Assembly (NCBI GenBank): GCA_036149055.1
Contig: JAYZQJ010000214.1
Location: 1 to 18,244, forward strand
Direction of reading: 5' to 3'
Length of the DNA: 18,244 nucleotides
From: Myxococcota bacterium
GTDB taxonomy: Bacteria > Myxococcota_A > Polyangia > Polyangiales > Sandaracinaceae
In this document: positions 1 through 7,115 of the stretch, in pieces
Layout of the letters: each line of letters starts with the position of its first letter
Numbering within the stretch: the stretch's first letter is position 1
Made by a program: the position numbers and the translations under genes
Notes under the pieces: model-generated
Database searches by the model: none
The model's input: the letters and a program-made list of their open reading frames with translations, nothing else
Told to the model about the DNA's origin: nothing

Positions 1-177
1 GCCCCTGCCCGTGCCCGTGCCCCTGCCCGATCCCGAGCTCCAAGCCGATTCCGAGCCCGATTCAGAGCCCGAGCCCGAGTCAGAAGCCGAGCCCGAGCCC
101 GATTCAGAGCCCGAGCCCGAGTCAGAAGCCGAGCCAGAAGCCGAGCCCGAGCCCGAGTCAGAAGCCGAGCCCGAATC
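1..177. repeat. Degenerate hexamer tandem repeat (GAGCCC/GAAGCC/GTGCCC) with a ~42-bp higher-order duplication
   Basis: Runs of gagccc. The 42-mer cccgattcagagcccgagcccgagtcagaagccgagcccgag at 56-97 recurs almost exactly from 98. It encodes (GS/DS/AS)n and (GT/GR)n on the minus strand. Confidence 0.9.
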
Positions 178-675
178 CCCCTCCACCCACTCCAACACCC
201 ACTCCCCCCTCTCCGCCGCCTCCTCCACATCCGCGAGCCCCTCGCGCTGGGCCGCGTGCAGGCGCTCGAAGAAGGGCACCAGCGAGCGGCCCGCGAGCGC
301 GCGGGTCTTGCGATCGGAGGCGCGGAGGCCGCGGTCGAGCACGTCGGCGGGGGCGAGGTGATCCGAGTCGTGCGGGATCGGCGCCGACCAGGCGGCGTCG
401 ATCCGGGCGGCGGCGTGGGCGCGGCCGACCGCGGCGTGCGCCTCGTGGAGCCAGCGGGCGAGGCGCGCGCGCTCGGACGGCTCGAGCTGGCCGCGCTCGA
501 CCGACTCCATGAAGTGCTCCTTCACCCGCGGGCCTCGCAGCGCGGCGTGGCGCTCGAGCACGACCCGGGGAGGGCTGGCGTCGGGGTCGCCGCGGAGGCG
601 GCCGAGGGTCTCGCGCGCGTCGTCGTGGATCCAGGCCACGATCGCGTCGGTGAGGCGGTCTCGAGGGGAGCGCAT
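1..675 (-). CDS. Hypothetical protein, 5' part only (runs off the window edge), with internal Gly/Ser low-complexity segment
   Basis: Hand translation of the minus strand from ATG at 675: [146 protein letters not shown]...[12 protein letters not shown]... It is open for 225 codons to position 1 with strongly G/C third positions in the first ~150 codons. It is absent from the ORF track because the stop lies outside the window. Confidence 0.75.
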   Translation of the reverse strand, partial: MRSPRDRLTDAIVAWIHDDARETLGRLRGDPDASPPRVVLERHAALRGPRVKEHFMESVERGQLEPSERARLARWLHEAHAAVGRAHAAARIDAAWSAPIPHDSDHLAPADVLDRGLRASDRKTRALAGRSLVPFFERLHAAQREGLADVEEAAERGEWVLEWVEGDSGSASDSGSGSASGSASDSGSGSESGSGSASDSGSGSESGSESAWSSGSGRGTGTGRG

Positions 676-683
676 CGCCGCGG

Positions 684-689
684 AATGTA
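684..689 (-). promoter_or_regulatory. Candidate -10 element (TACATT) 8 nt upstream of the ATG at 675; likely leaderless or near-leaderless transcript
   Basis: Minus strand reads gagcTACATTccgcggcgATG. It is a TANNNT hexamer in an AT-richer patch, and there is no Shine-Dalgarno. Confidence 0.4.
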
Positions 690-699
690 GCTCGTCTTC

Positions 700-708
700 T
701 GCTAGGAT
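700..708 (+). promoter_or_regulatory. Candidate extended -10 promoter (TGcTAGGAT) 6 nt upstream of the ATG at 715; likely leaderless transcript
   Basis: tTGcTAGGATctgccgATG matches TGn-TANNNT. The expected start site falls on or next to the A of the ATG, and there is no Shine-Dalgarno. Confidence 0.5.
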
Positions 709-714
709 CTGCCG

Positions 715-2499
715 ATGCGGTCCTTGCTTCGTGTTCTTCCCTTGCTCGCCCTGCTCGCGGGCTGCGCCAGCAACCCCGCCAACCCCGACGGATCGGTGGT
801 GGGCATGGACGGCCGGGTCACCGGGCGGGACGGGAGCGTCGCGCCGACCGGGCCGTGTGGTCGGGCGGGCGGCGCGTGCTGCGTCGGGCGGGTGTGTGAG
901 CTCGGCCTCTCCTGCGGCGCGGGCGATCTCTGCTGCATCCAGGCCGGCGGCGGCGCCGCGTGTGACTCGGCGAGCGACTGCTGCCGGGGCCTGGCGTGTC
1001 AGGGCCGCAGCTGCTGCGCGCCGCGCGGCGCGTCGTGCACGGGGAGCGCGGACTGCTGCAGCGGCCTCGCGTGCAGCGACGGCGCGTGCGTGAACCCGGA
1101 CGAAGATCTGCCGCCCGACGTCTCGGGCTGCGGCGGCGCGGGCTCGACCTGCTGCCCCGGCTTCACCTGCCGCTCCGGGCTCGTCTGCACCGAGGGCACC
1201 TGCGCCGGCTGCGGTGACGAGGGCCAGCCCTGCTGCGACGGGACGACGTCGTGCCTCGGCTCGCTGGCCTGCGACGTGACGATGAGCCCGGCCACCTGCG
1301 TCAACGCGGACCCCGCGACCGCCTGCGGCGAGATCGACCGCCCCTGCTGCGCGCCCCCCGGCGGCGGCCCGGCGACCGAGTGCGCCGGCGACCGCGTGTG
1401 CGTCGGCGGCACCTGCCTCAACCCCGAGGACACCGGCTTCGAGGGCGCGCCCTGCGGCAGCCGCGGGACCTGCGACCCCGACCTCGTCTGCGACCGCCGC
1501 ATGGATCCCGGCGGCCTCTGCACGATGACGCCCGAGGACTGCGGCCGCGACGGGATGGGCTGCTGCGACCTCGGCGGCTCCGAGGGCGAGTGCGCGGGCG
1601 AGCTGCACTGCCAGTTCGGCTCCTGCTCGACCTGCCGCGGGCCGAGCCTGACCTGCCTCCTCGGCGGCCTGCTGCCCGGCCAGGAGTGCTGCGCCGGGTC
1701 GGTGTGCCGGCCGGCGCCGCTCGTGCCGCGCTGCTGCATGGGCGAGGGCGGCGACTGCGAGAACTCGCTCGACTGCTGCGGGCTGATGACCTGCGGCGGC
1801 GACGGCACCTGCAGCTGCAGCCGCGAGGGCAGCTTCTGCCTCGACAGCAGCGAGTGCTGCGACGGCTTCACCTGCCAGACCTTCATGTGTCGCCCCGAGG
1901 GGCCGGCCTGCCTCGACAGCGGGGCCGCCTGCGACGGCAGCACGGCGACCTGCTGCGCCGGCCTCGCCTGCAGCGAGACCCGCACCGAGCCGACCGCGCC
2001 GCCGGTGCGCCAGTGCTGCTCGGGCGGGAGCACCTCGTGCGAAGAGGACGAGGACTGCTGCGGCCGCATGGCCTGCGAGGACGGCGAGTGCGAGTGCGTG
2101 ATGGTCGGCGGCCTCTGCGACCGCGACATCGAGTGCTGTGACGACGCCGGCACCGACAACATCTGCGTCGCCGGCGCCTGCGCCAGCGGCGACGGATGCG
2201 CCCGCGAGACCGAGACCTGCAGCAGCGACGGCGTCTCGGCGCCCACCTGCTGCGGCGGCCTGCGCTGCGACCAGCCGGTCGACTCGGCGCGCGGCCGTCA
2301 GTGCTGCGCCGGCGTCGGCAACCGCTGCCGCAACGACATGGACTGCTGCGGCGCCTCCACCTGCGGCGACGACGAGACCTGCCAGTGCGTGCCCGAGGGC
2401 AGCACCTGCGAGACCCGCCTCGAGTGCTGCGAGGGGCTGAGCTGCATGGAGTCGAGCCCCGGCTCCGGCAGCTTCTCGTGCACGCGGCCCCCGGGCTGA
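715..2499 (+). CDS. Cysteine-rich repeat lipoprotein (tandem six-Cys disulfide modules, knottin-like spacing)
   Basis: Signal peptide with lipobox LLAG-C17, then about 100 Cys in repeated modules such as CAPRGASCTGSADCCSGLACSDGAC. Codons are GC3-rich (TGC, GGC, GAC). Confidence 0.88.
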   Translation: MRSLLRVLPLLALLAGCASNPANPDGSVVGMDGRVTGRDGSVAPTGPCGRAGGACCVGRVCELGLSCGAGDLCCIQAGGGAACDSASDCCRGLACQGRSCCAPRGASCTGSADCCSGLACSDGACVNPDEDLPPDVSGCGGAGSTCCPGFTCRSGLVCTEGTCAGCGDEGQPCCDGTTSCLGSLACDVTMSPATCVNADPATACGEIDRPCCAPPGGGPATECAGDRVCVGGTCLNPEDTGFEGAPCGSRGTCDPDLVCDRRMDPGGLCTMTPEDCGRDGMGCCDLGGSEGECAGELHCQFGSCSTCRGPSLTCLLGGLLPGQECCAGSVCRPAPLVPRCCMGEGGDCENSLDCCGLMTCGGDGTCSCSREGSFCLDSSECCDGFTCQTFMCRPEGPACLDSGAACDGSTATCCAGLACSETRTEPTAPPVRQCCSGGSTSCEEDEDCCGRMACEDGECECVMVGGLCDRDIECCDDAGTDNICVAGACASGDGCARETETCSSDGVSAPTCCGGLRCDQPVDSARGRQCCAGVGNRCRNDMDCCGASTCGDDETCQCVPEGSTCETRLECCEGLSCMESSPGSGSFSCTRPPG

Positions 2500-2511
2500 A
2501 CGGAGAGACAG

Positions 2512-3354
2512 ATGACGATCGGGCGCAAGATCGCCTTCCTCGGGGCCGGCAACATGGCCGGAGCCCTCATCGACGGACTGCTCCGCGCGGGCGCCTGCGC
2601 GCCGGAGGAGGTCATGGCGATGGACGTGCGCGCGGCGCGGCTCGAGGAGCTGGCCGAGAGGCACGGCATCCCGACCTCGCGCGACCTCGCCGAGGCCACC
2701 GCGTGGGCCGACGTGGTGGTGCTCGCGACCAAGCCGCAGGTCTTCGACCGGGTGCTGCCGGCGGTCGGCGCCGCGGTGCGCGAGGAGGCGCTGGTCGTGT
2801 CGATCGCGGCCGGCGTCTCGGTGGCCGCGATCGAGGCCAACATGCCCGCCGGCACCCGGGTGGTGCGCACGATGCCCAACACCCCGGCCCTCGTCGACGC
2901 CGGGGCCACCGCGATCGCGGCCGGCACGCACGCCGCCGAGGACGACGTCGCGCTGGTGAAGCGGGTGTTCGACTCGGTCGGGGTCACGGTGGTGCTCGAC
3001 GAGTACCTGCTGGACGCGGTCACCGGGCTCAGCGGCAGCGGGCCGGCCTACATCTTCCTCATCATCGAGGCGCTGGCGGACGCGGGCGTGAAGGTCGGCC
3101 TCCACCGCGACAGCGCGCAGCTGCTCGCCGCCCAGACGGTGCTCGGCGCCGCCAAGCTCCTGCTCGAGACCGGCGAGCACCCGGGCCGCCTCAAGGACAT
3201 GGTCACCAGCCCGGGCGGCACCGCGATCGCGGGGCTGCACACCCTCGAGGCGGGCGGCCTCCGCACGACGCTCATCAACGCCGTCGAGAGCGCGAGCCAC
3301 CGCAGCCGCGAGCTCGGAGAGCTGCTCGACGCGCGCCTCTCGAAGAAGGAGTGA
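2512..3354 (+). CDS. proC: Pyrroline-5-carboxylate reductase
   Basis: N-terminal Rossmann motif FLGAGNMA, plus VVLATKPQ, SIAAGV, RTMPNTP, GLSGSGPAY and VTSPGGT. RBS GGAGAG before the ATG. Confidence 0.97.
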   Translation: MTIGRKIAFLGAGNMAGALIDGLLRAGACAPEEVMAMDVRAARLEELAERHGIPTSRDLAEATAWADVVVLATKPQVFDRVLPAVGAAVREEALVVSIAAGVSVAAIEANMPAGTRVVRTMPNTPALVDAGATAIAAGTHAAEDDVALVKRVFDSVGVTVVLDEYLLDAVTGLSGSGPAYIFLIIEALADAGVKVGLHRDSAQLLAAQTVLGAAKLLLETGEHPGRLKDMVTSPGGTAIAGLHTLEAGGLRTTLINAVESASHRSRELGELLDARLSKKE

Positions 3355-5367
3355 TCAGCGCCAGCGCAGCACGGTGATGGTGGCGTCGTCCCCGCGCTCG
3401 CGGCAGGCGATCACCGACGACTTCACGTCCCGGCCGCCGGTGAGCTCGAGGAGGCGCTGCCAGAAGCCGCTCAGCGCCATCGCGTGGGTGAGGGTGTCCG
3501 GCAAGACGTCCTGCATGGTCACCTTGAAGCCACCGGCGCTCGCGCGCTCCACCTCCGCGCGGCCGGCGGAGTGGTAGGTGCGGAAGAGCTGCGGGATGCG
3601 CTCCACCGCCATCGTCGGCGTCGCCGTCTGCATGAACAGCCGATGGGTGGTGGTCAGCTCGCGGTCGGCGGTGGCGCGCCCGATCTGGATCGACAGCGAG
3701 CCGTCGCCCGCGCCGAGCTCGCGCTCGCCCGCCCGGAGCAGCTCCGCGTAGTCGCCGAGCTCGATCCAGGCCATCGGCAGCATCACCCCGGCGATGCGCG
3801 CGGCCACGTCGTCGTCGAGCCGCGACCGGACGCGCTCGAACCCCGGCTCGTCGAGGCTCCGGAGGTGCTCGGTCGCCGCCAGCACCAGCGACCCCTTCAC
3901 CCGGGTGTGCCCGGCCGGCGTCGCGCGGGGCTCCGGCCGGGGCTCGTGCCGCGCCTCGGGGCGGGCGCCGAAGCGGGGCGCCTCGGCCTGCGCCTCGAAT
4001 TGCGCCGCGTAGAGGGCGCCGCGCTCGCGCAGCCCGGAGCTGCGCACCGTCTCGCTCACCCCCTCCCAGTCCACCGACTGGGCGACGAAGCGGCGCCCGG
4101 GGCCGCTCGGGGGGCGGGGCGCGAGGGCCAGGCCGCGCGGCCGCGAGCCGTCCACCGCGCGGCGGGGCTCGGGCGTGACCTCGGGCGGGGAGGGCCGGGT
4201 CGGGGCCAGCGCGGCCCCCGCGCCGAAGGGCGTCGTCGAACGCAGCGTCGCCGCGCCTTGCGCCTCCGCGAGCGGGGTGACCCGGGCGCGGGGCGCGGGG
4301 TCGGAGCTCGCGCCGGGCTGGAAGGGCGTGGTCTGCGCCATCGAGGGGAACGAGGGCGCGGGGGGCGGCGGCTCGCTCTCGAGGGGCGGGCCCGCGTCGA
4401 TCGCGCCGTGCGGCACCAGGGCGAGCAGCATCTCGCGCGCGCTCTGGTAGCGGTCGTCGGGCGACTGCGCGATGGCCTTCTCGACCACCTCGGCCAGCGC
4501 CGGCGGGAGGTCGGGGCGCAGCTCGAGCACCGGCGGGTGCTTGCCGCTCAGGATCGCCTGCAGGAGCTGATGGTAGTTCTCGCCGTCGAACGGCAGCTGC
4601 CCGGCGAGCGACTCGTAGAGGATCACGCCCGCGCCGAAGAGATCGATGCGGTGGTCGAGGTTCTTCACGCCGCGGGCCTGCTCGGGGCTCATGTAGAAGG
4701 GCGTCCCGAGCATCACGCCGGTGCGCGTGAGGTCCATGCCCTGCTCGCCCTCCTCGGTGCGCATCTTCGAGATGCCGAAGTCGACGACCTTCACGAAGTC
4801 GGTGTCGCCCCGCCGGCGGGTGAGGAAGATGTTGTCCGGCTTGAGGTCGCGGTGGACGATCCCGCGGCGGTGCACCGCGTGGAGCGCGGCGAGGACCTGA
4901 CCGACGATGCGGCAGGCCCGTCGCGGCTCGAGCCGCTCGTGCTCCGCCAGCAGGCGGCTGAGCGCCTTGCCGCGCAGGTACTCCATGACGAGGAAGGGCG
5001 CGCCGTCCTCGCCGAAGCCGAGGTCGAGCACCTCCACGATGTGCTCGTGCCCGGTCGCCGCCGCGGCGCGCGCCTCGCGCTGGAACCGCGCCACCGCCTT
5101 CTCGTCGCCGGTCAGCTCGGGGTGCAGCCGCTTGAGCGCGACCTTGCGGCCGATGAGCAGGTGCTCCGCCACGTAGACCGCGCCCATGCCCCCCTCGCCG
5201 AGCAGCGCGAGGACCCGGTAGCGGTTCGCGATCACCCGCCCGACGAGCGCCCGGCCGCTGGTCAGCGAGCGCCCGGTCCGCGGACAATGAGAGAAGGTCG
5301 TGGGGTGCAGCTCGCCGCAGTGTCGGCAATGCACGCGGGCGGGCGAGCTCTCCTCGGGGCTGTCCAT
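3355..5367 (-). CDS. Hanks-type Ser/Thr protein kinase with N-terminal CxxC-H-C motif, Pro-rich linker and C-terminal DUF2378(TIGR02265)/V4R-like domain
   Basis: Kinase motifs LGEGGMGAVY, VALK, HRDLKPDN, DFG and GTPFYMSPE are intact. No transmembrane segment. The last ~180 aa (RVKGS...AWIEL...C...GD...LRW) resemble myxobacterial DUF2378-type domains (by eye). Confidence 0.93.
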   Translation of the reverse strand: MDSPEESSPARVHCRHCGELHPTTFSHCPRTGRSLTSGRALVGRVIANRYRVLALLGEGGMGAVYVAEHLLIGRKVALKRLHPELTGDEKAVARFQREARAAAATGHEHIVEVLDLGFGEDGAPFLVMEYLRGKALSRLLAEHERLEPRRACRIVGQVLAALHAVHRRGIVHRDLKPDNIFLTRRRGDTDFVKVVDFGISKMRTEEGEQGMDLTRTGVMLGTPFYMSPEQARGVKNLDHRIDLFGAGVILYESLAGQLPFDGENYHQLLQAILSGKHPPVLELRPDLPPALAEVVEKAIAQSPDDRYQSAREMLLALVPHGAIDAGPPLESEPPPPAPSFPSMAQTTPFQPGASSDPAPRARVTPLAEAQGAATLRSTTPFGAGAALAPTRPSPPEVTPEPRRAVDGSRPRGLALAPRPPSGPGRRFVAQSVDWEGVSETVRSSGLRERGALYAAQFEAQAEAPRFGARPEARHEPRPEPRATPAGHTRVKGSLVLAATEHLRSLDEPGFERVRSRLDDDVAARIAGVMLPMAWIELGDYAELLRAGERELGAGDGSLSIQIGRATADRELTTTHRLFMQTATPTMAVERIPQLFRTYHSAGRAEVERASAGGFKVTMQDVLPDTLTHAMALSGFWQRLLELTGGRDVKSSVIACRERGDDATITVLRWR

Positions 5368-5389
5368 CGTCTGAACGAGGCGAGCTTCG

Positions 5390-5419
5390 ATGATGGCGAT
5401 CCGCGACGCATCGCGTCAA
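5390..5419 (-). promoter_or_regulatory. Candidate sigma70-type promoter for the kinase gene
   Basis: Minus strand TTGACG (5419-5414), 18-nt spacer, CATCAT (5395-5390), 22 nt upstream of the ATG at 5367. Confidence 0.4.
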
Positions 5420-5429
5420 GGGACGCGGG

Positions 5430-7073
5430 TCAGTCGCGCGCGCTTTTGCCCGGCGACTCGCCCGGGATGGGGATCGCGCCCGAGACCCAGCGATTCCAGT
5501 AGTCGTCGAGGCGATCGCGCACCTGCTTGTTGAGCAGGAAGAGCCCGAAGATGTTGGGGAACGCCATGCCGAGGATCATGTAGTCCGAGAAGGCGAGCAC
5601 GCTGCCCAGCTTCAGGATCGACCCGAGCACCACGAAGAGCACGAAGATCACCCGGTAGATCACCGAGGAGCCGGCGCCGAAGAGGAACACCCAGCAGCGC
5701 TCGCCGTAGTAGCTCCAGCTGATCATCGTCGAGAACGCGAAGAGCAGCACCGCGGTGGCGAGCACGTAGGGGAACCACTCGAACACGCTCGCGAAGGCGG
5801 CCGAGGTCATCAGCACGCCGCGCACGTTGCTGTCGGCGACCTCGGGCGTGTTGAGGTACTCGCCGGTCACCACCACCACGAGGCCGGTCATCGTGCAGAT
5901 GATGATCGTGTCGATGAAGGGCTCGAGGAGCGCGACCAGGCCCTCCCGGATCGGCTCCTTGGTCGCGGCGGCGGAGTGGGCGATCGAGGCCGAGCCGATG
6001 CCCGCCTCGTTCGAGAAGGCGGCGCGCTGGAAGCCGACGACCAGCACCCCGAGCAGCCCGCCGAAGCCCGCCTCGAGGCTGAGCGCCTCGCCGATGATCT
6101 TGGCGAAGGCGCCCGGCACCGCGTCCGCGTTCATCACCAGGATGGCGATCCCGCTCAGCACGTAGACCGCGCACATCGCCGGCACGATCGCGCCCGCCAC
6201 CTGCCCGATGCGCTTGATGCCGCCGATGATGACCAGGCCGACCAGGAACGCGATGACGATGCCGAAGAGCCACGACTTGTCTTCGAAGAACGGCACCACC
6301 CGGGCGACCTGCGCGTAGGCCTGGTTGGCCTGGAACATGTTGCCGCCGCCGAACGAGCCGCCGATGCACATCACGGCGAAGACGACCGCGAGGACCTTGC
6401 CCAGCCTCGGGTAGCCGAGCTTCTCCACGCCGGCCGCCAGGTAGCGCATCGGCCCGCCGAGCACCGCCCCCTTGTCGTCGACCTGGCGGTACATCTGGCC
6501 GAGGGTGCACTCGACGAACTTGGAGCTCATGCCGAGGAAGCCGGCGACCACCATCCAGAAGATCGCGCCGGGCCCGCCGAGGCTGACCGCGATGGCCACG
6601 CCGGCGATGTTGCCGAGGCCGACGGTCGCGCTGAGCGCCGAGGCGAGGGCCTGGAAGTGGGAGACCTCGCCCTCCGCCTCCGGGTCGTCGTACTTCCCGG
6701 TGGTGATCATCACCGCGTGCCCGAAGCCGCGGAGGTTGATGAAGCCCATGCGCAGGGTGAAGAAGGTCGCCCCGAGCACCAGCCAGAGCACGATGAAGGG
6801 GAGGTTCAGGCCCTCGTCCGCGTCGTCCCAGAAGACGAGGTCGAAGAAGAGCACCGCGGCGAGCGGGCCGACGACCCAGGTCCCGAAGGCGGCGTCGACG
6901 GCGTCGAGCGCGCTGCTCTCCGTCTCCGTCTCTGCCGTGGCCGCGGGCTGCGCCGGCTCGACCGTCGCCTCCGCGTCCTGCGCCACCGCCCGGGGCGCGA
7001 GGCCCGCCGAGACGAGGACGAAGACCGAGAACCAGGCCGCGAACGCGCGGCGCACCGTCGATTCCACTCCCAC
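5430..7073 (-). CDS. Alanine/glycine:cation symporter (AGCS, AlsT/AgcS family); exact start uncertain (GTG at 7073, 7067 or 7055)
   Basis: Family motifs SHFQAL, ATVGLGNIAGVA, GGPGAIFWM, GGPMRY, FQANQ, FSNEAGIGSASIAHS, LEPFIDTIIICT and FAFSTMISWSYYGE. Many hydrophobic helices. Confidence 0.95.
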   Translation of the reverse strand: MGVESTVRRAFAAWFSVFVLVSAGLAPRAVAQDAEATVEPAQPAATAETETESSALDAVDAAFGTWVVGPLAAVLFFDLVFWDDADEGLNLPFIVLWLVLGATFFTLRMGFINLRGFGHAVMITTGKYDDPEAEGEVSHFQALASALSATVGLGNIAGVAIAVSLGGPGAIFWMVVAGFLGMSSKFVECTLGQMYRQVDDKGAVLGGPMRYLAAGVEKLGYPRLGKVLAVVFAVMCIGGSFGGGNMFQANQAYAQVARVVPFFEDKSWLFGIVIAFLVGLVIIGGIKRIGQVAGAIVPAMCAVYVLSGIAILVMNADAVPGAFAKIIGEALSLEAGFGGLLGVLVVGFQRAAFSNEAGIGSASIAHSAAATKEPIREGLVALLEPFIDTIIICTMTGLVVVVTGEYLNTPEVADSNVRGVLMTSAAFASVFEWFPYVLATAVLLFAFSTMISWSYYGERCWVFLFGAGSSVIYRVIFVLFVVLGSILKLGSVLAFSDYMILGMAFPNIFGLFLLNKQVRDRLDDYWNRWVSGAIPIPGESPGKSARD

Positions 7074-7115
7074 GAGGGAGCGGCCTAGTACAGTTCGCCG
7101 TCCGGGTTCAAGGGG

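Noticed and set aside
11..361. + strand ORF with (EP)n repeats
   Set aside because: Opposite-strand reading of the Gly/Ser repeat. The minus-strand frame from 675 has the proper codon bias and a plausible start.
999..2246. Long alternative ORFs over the lipoprotein (999..2246 -, 1251..2141 +)
   Set aside because: Shadow frames expected in GC-rich DNA, with Arg/Pro- or Gln/Ser-rich composition derived from TGC/GGC codons.
715..2499. Metallothionein, multiheme cytochrome or Fe-S protein interpretation of the Cys-rich ORF
   Set aside because: The lipobox implies export to an oxidising compartment. There are no CxxCH or CxxCxxCxxxC motifs, and Cys counts per module are even, as expected for disulfides.
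3275..5502. Overlapping 714-aa and 672-aa ORFs across the kinase
   Set aside because: Off-frame and antisense shadows with no recognisable motifs. The kinase frame has all catalytic motifs.
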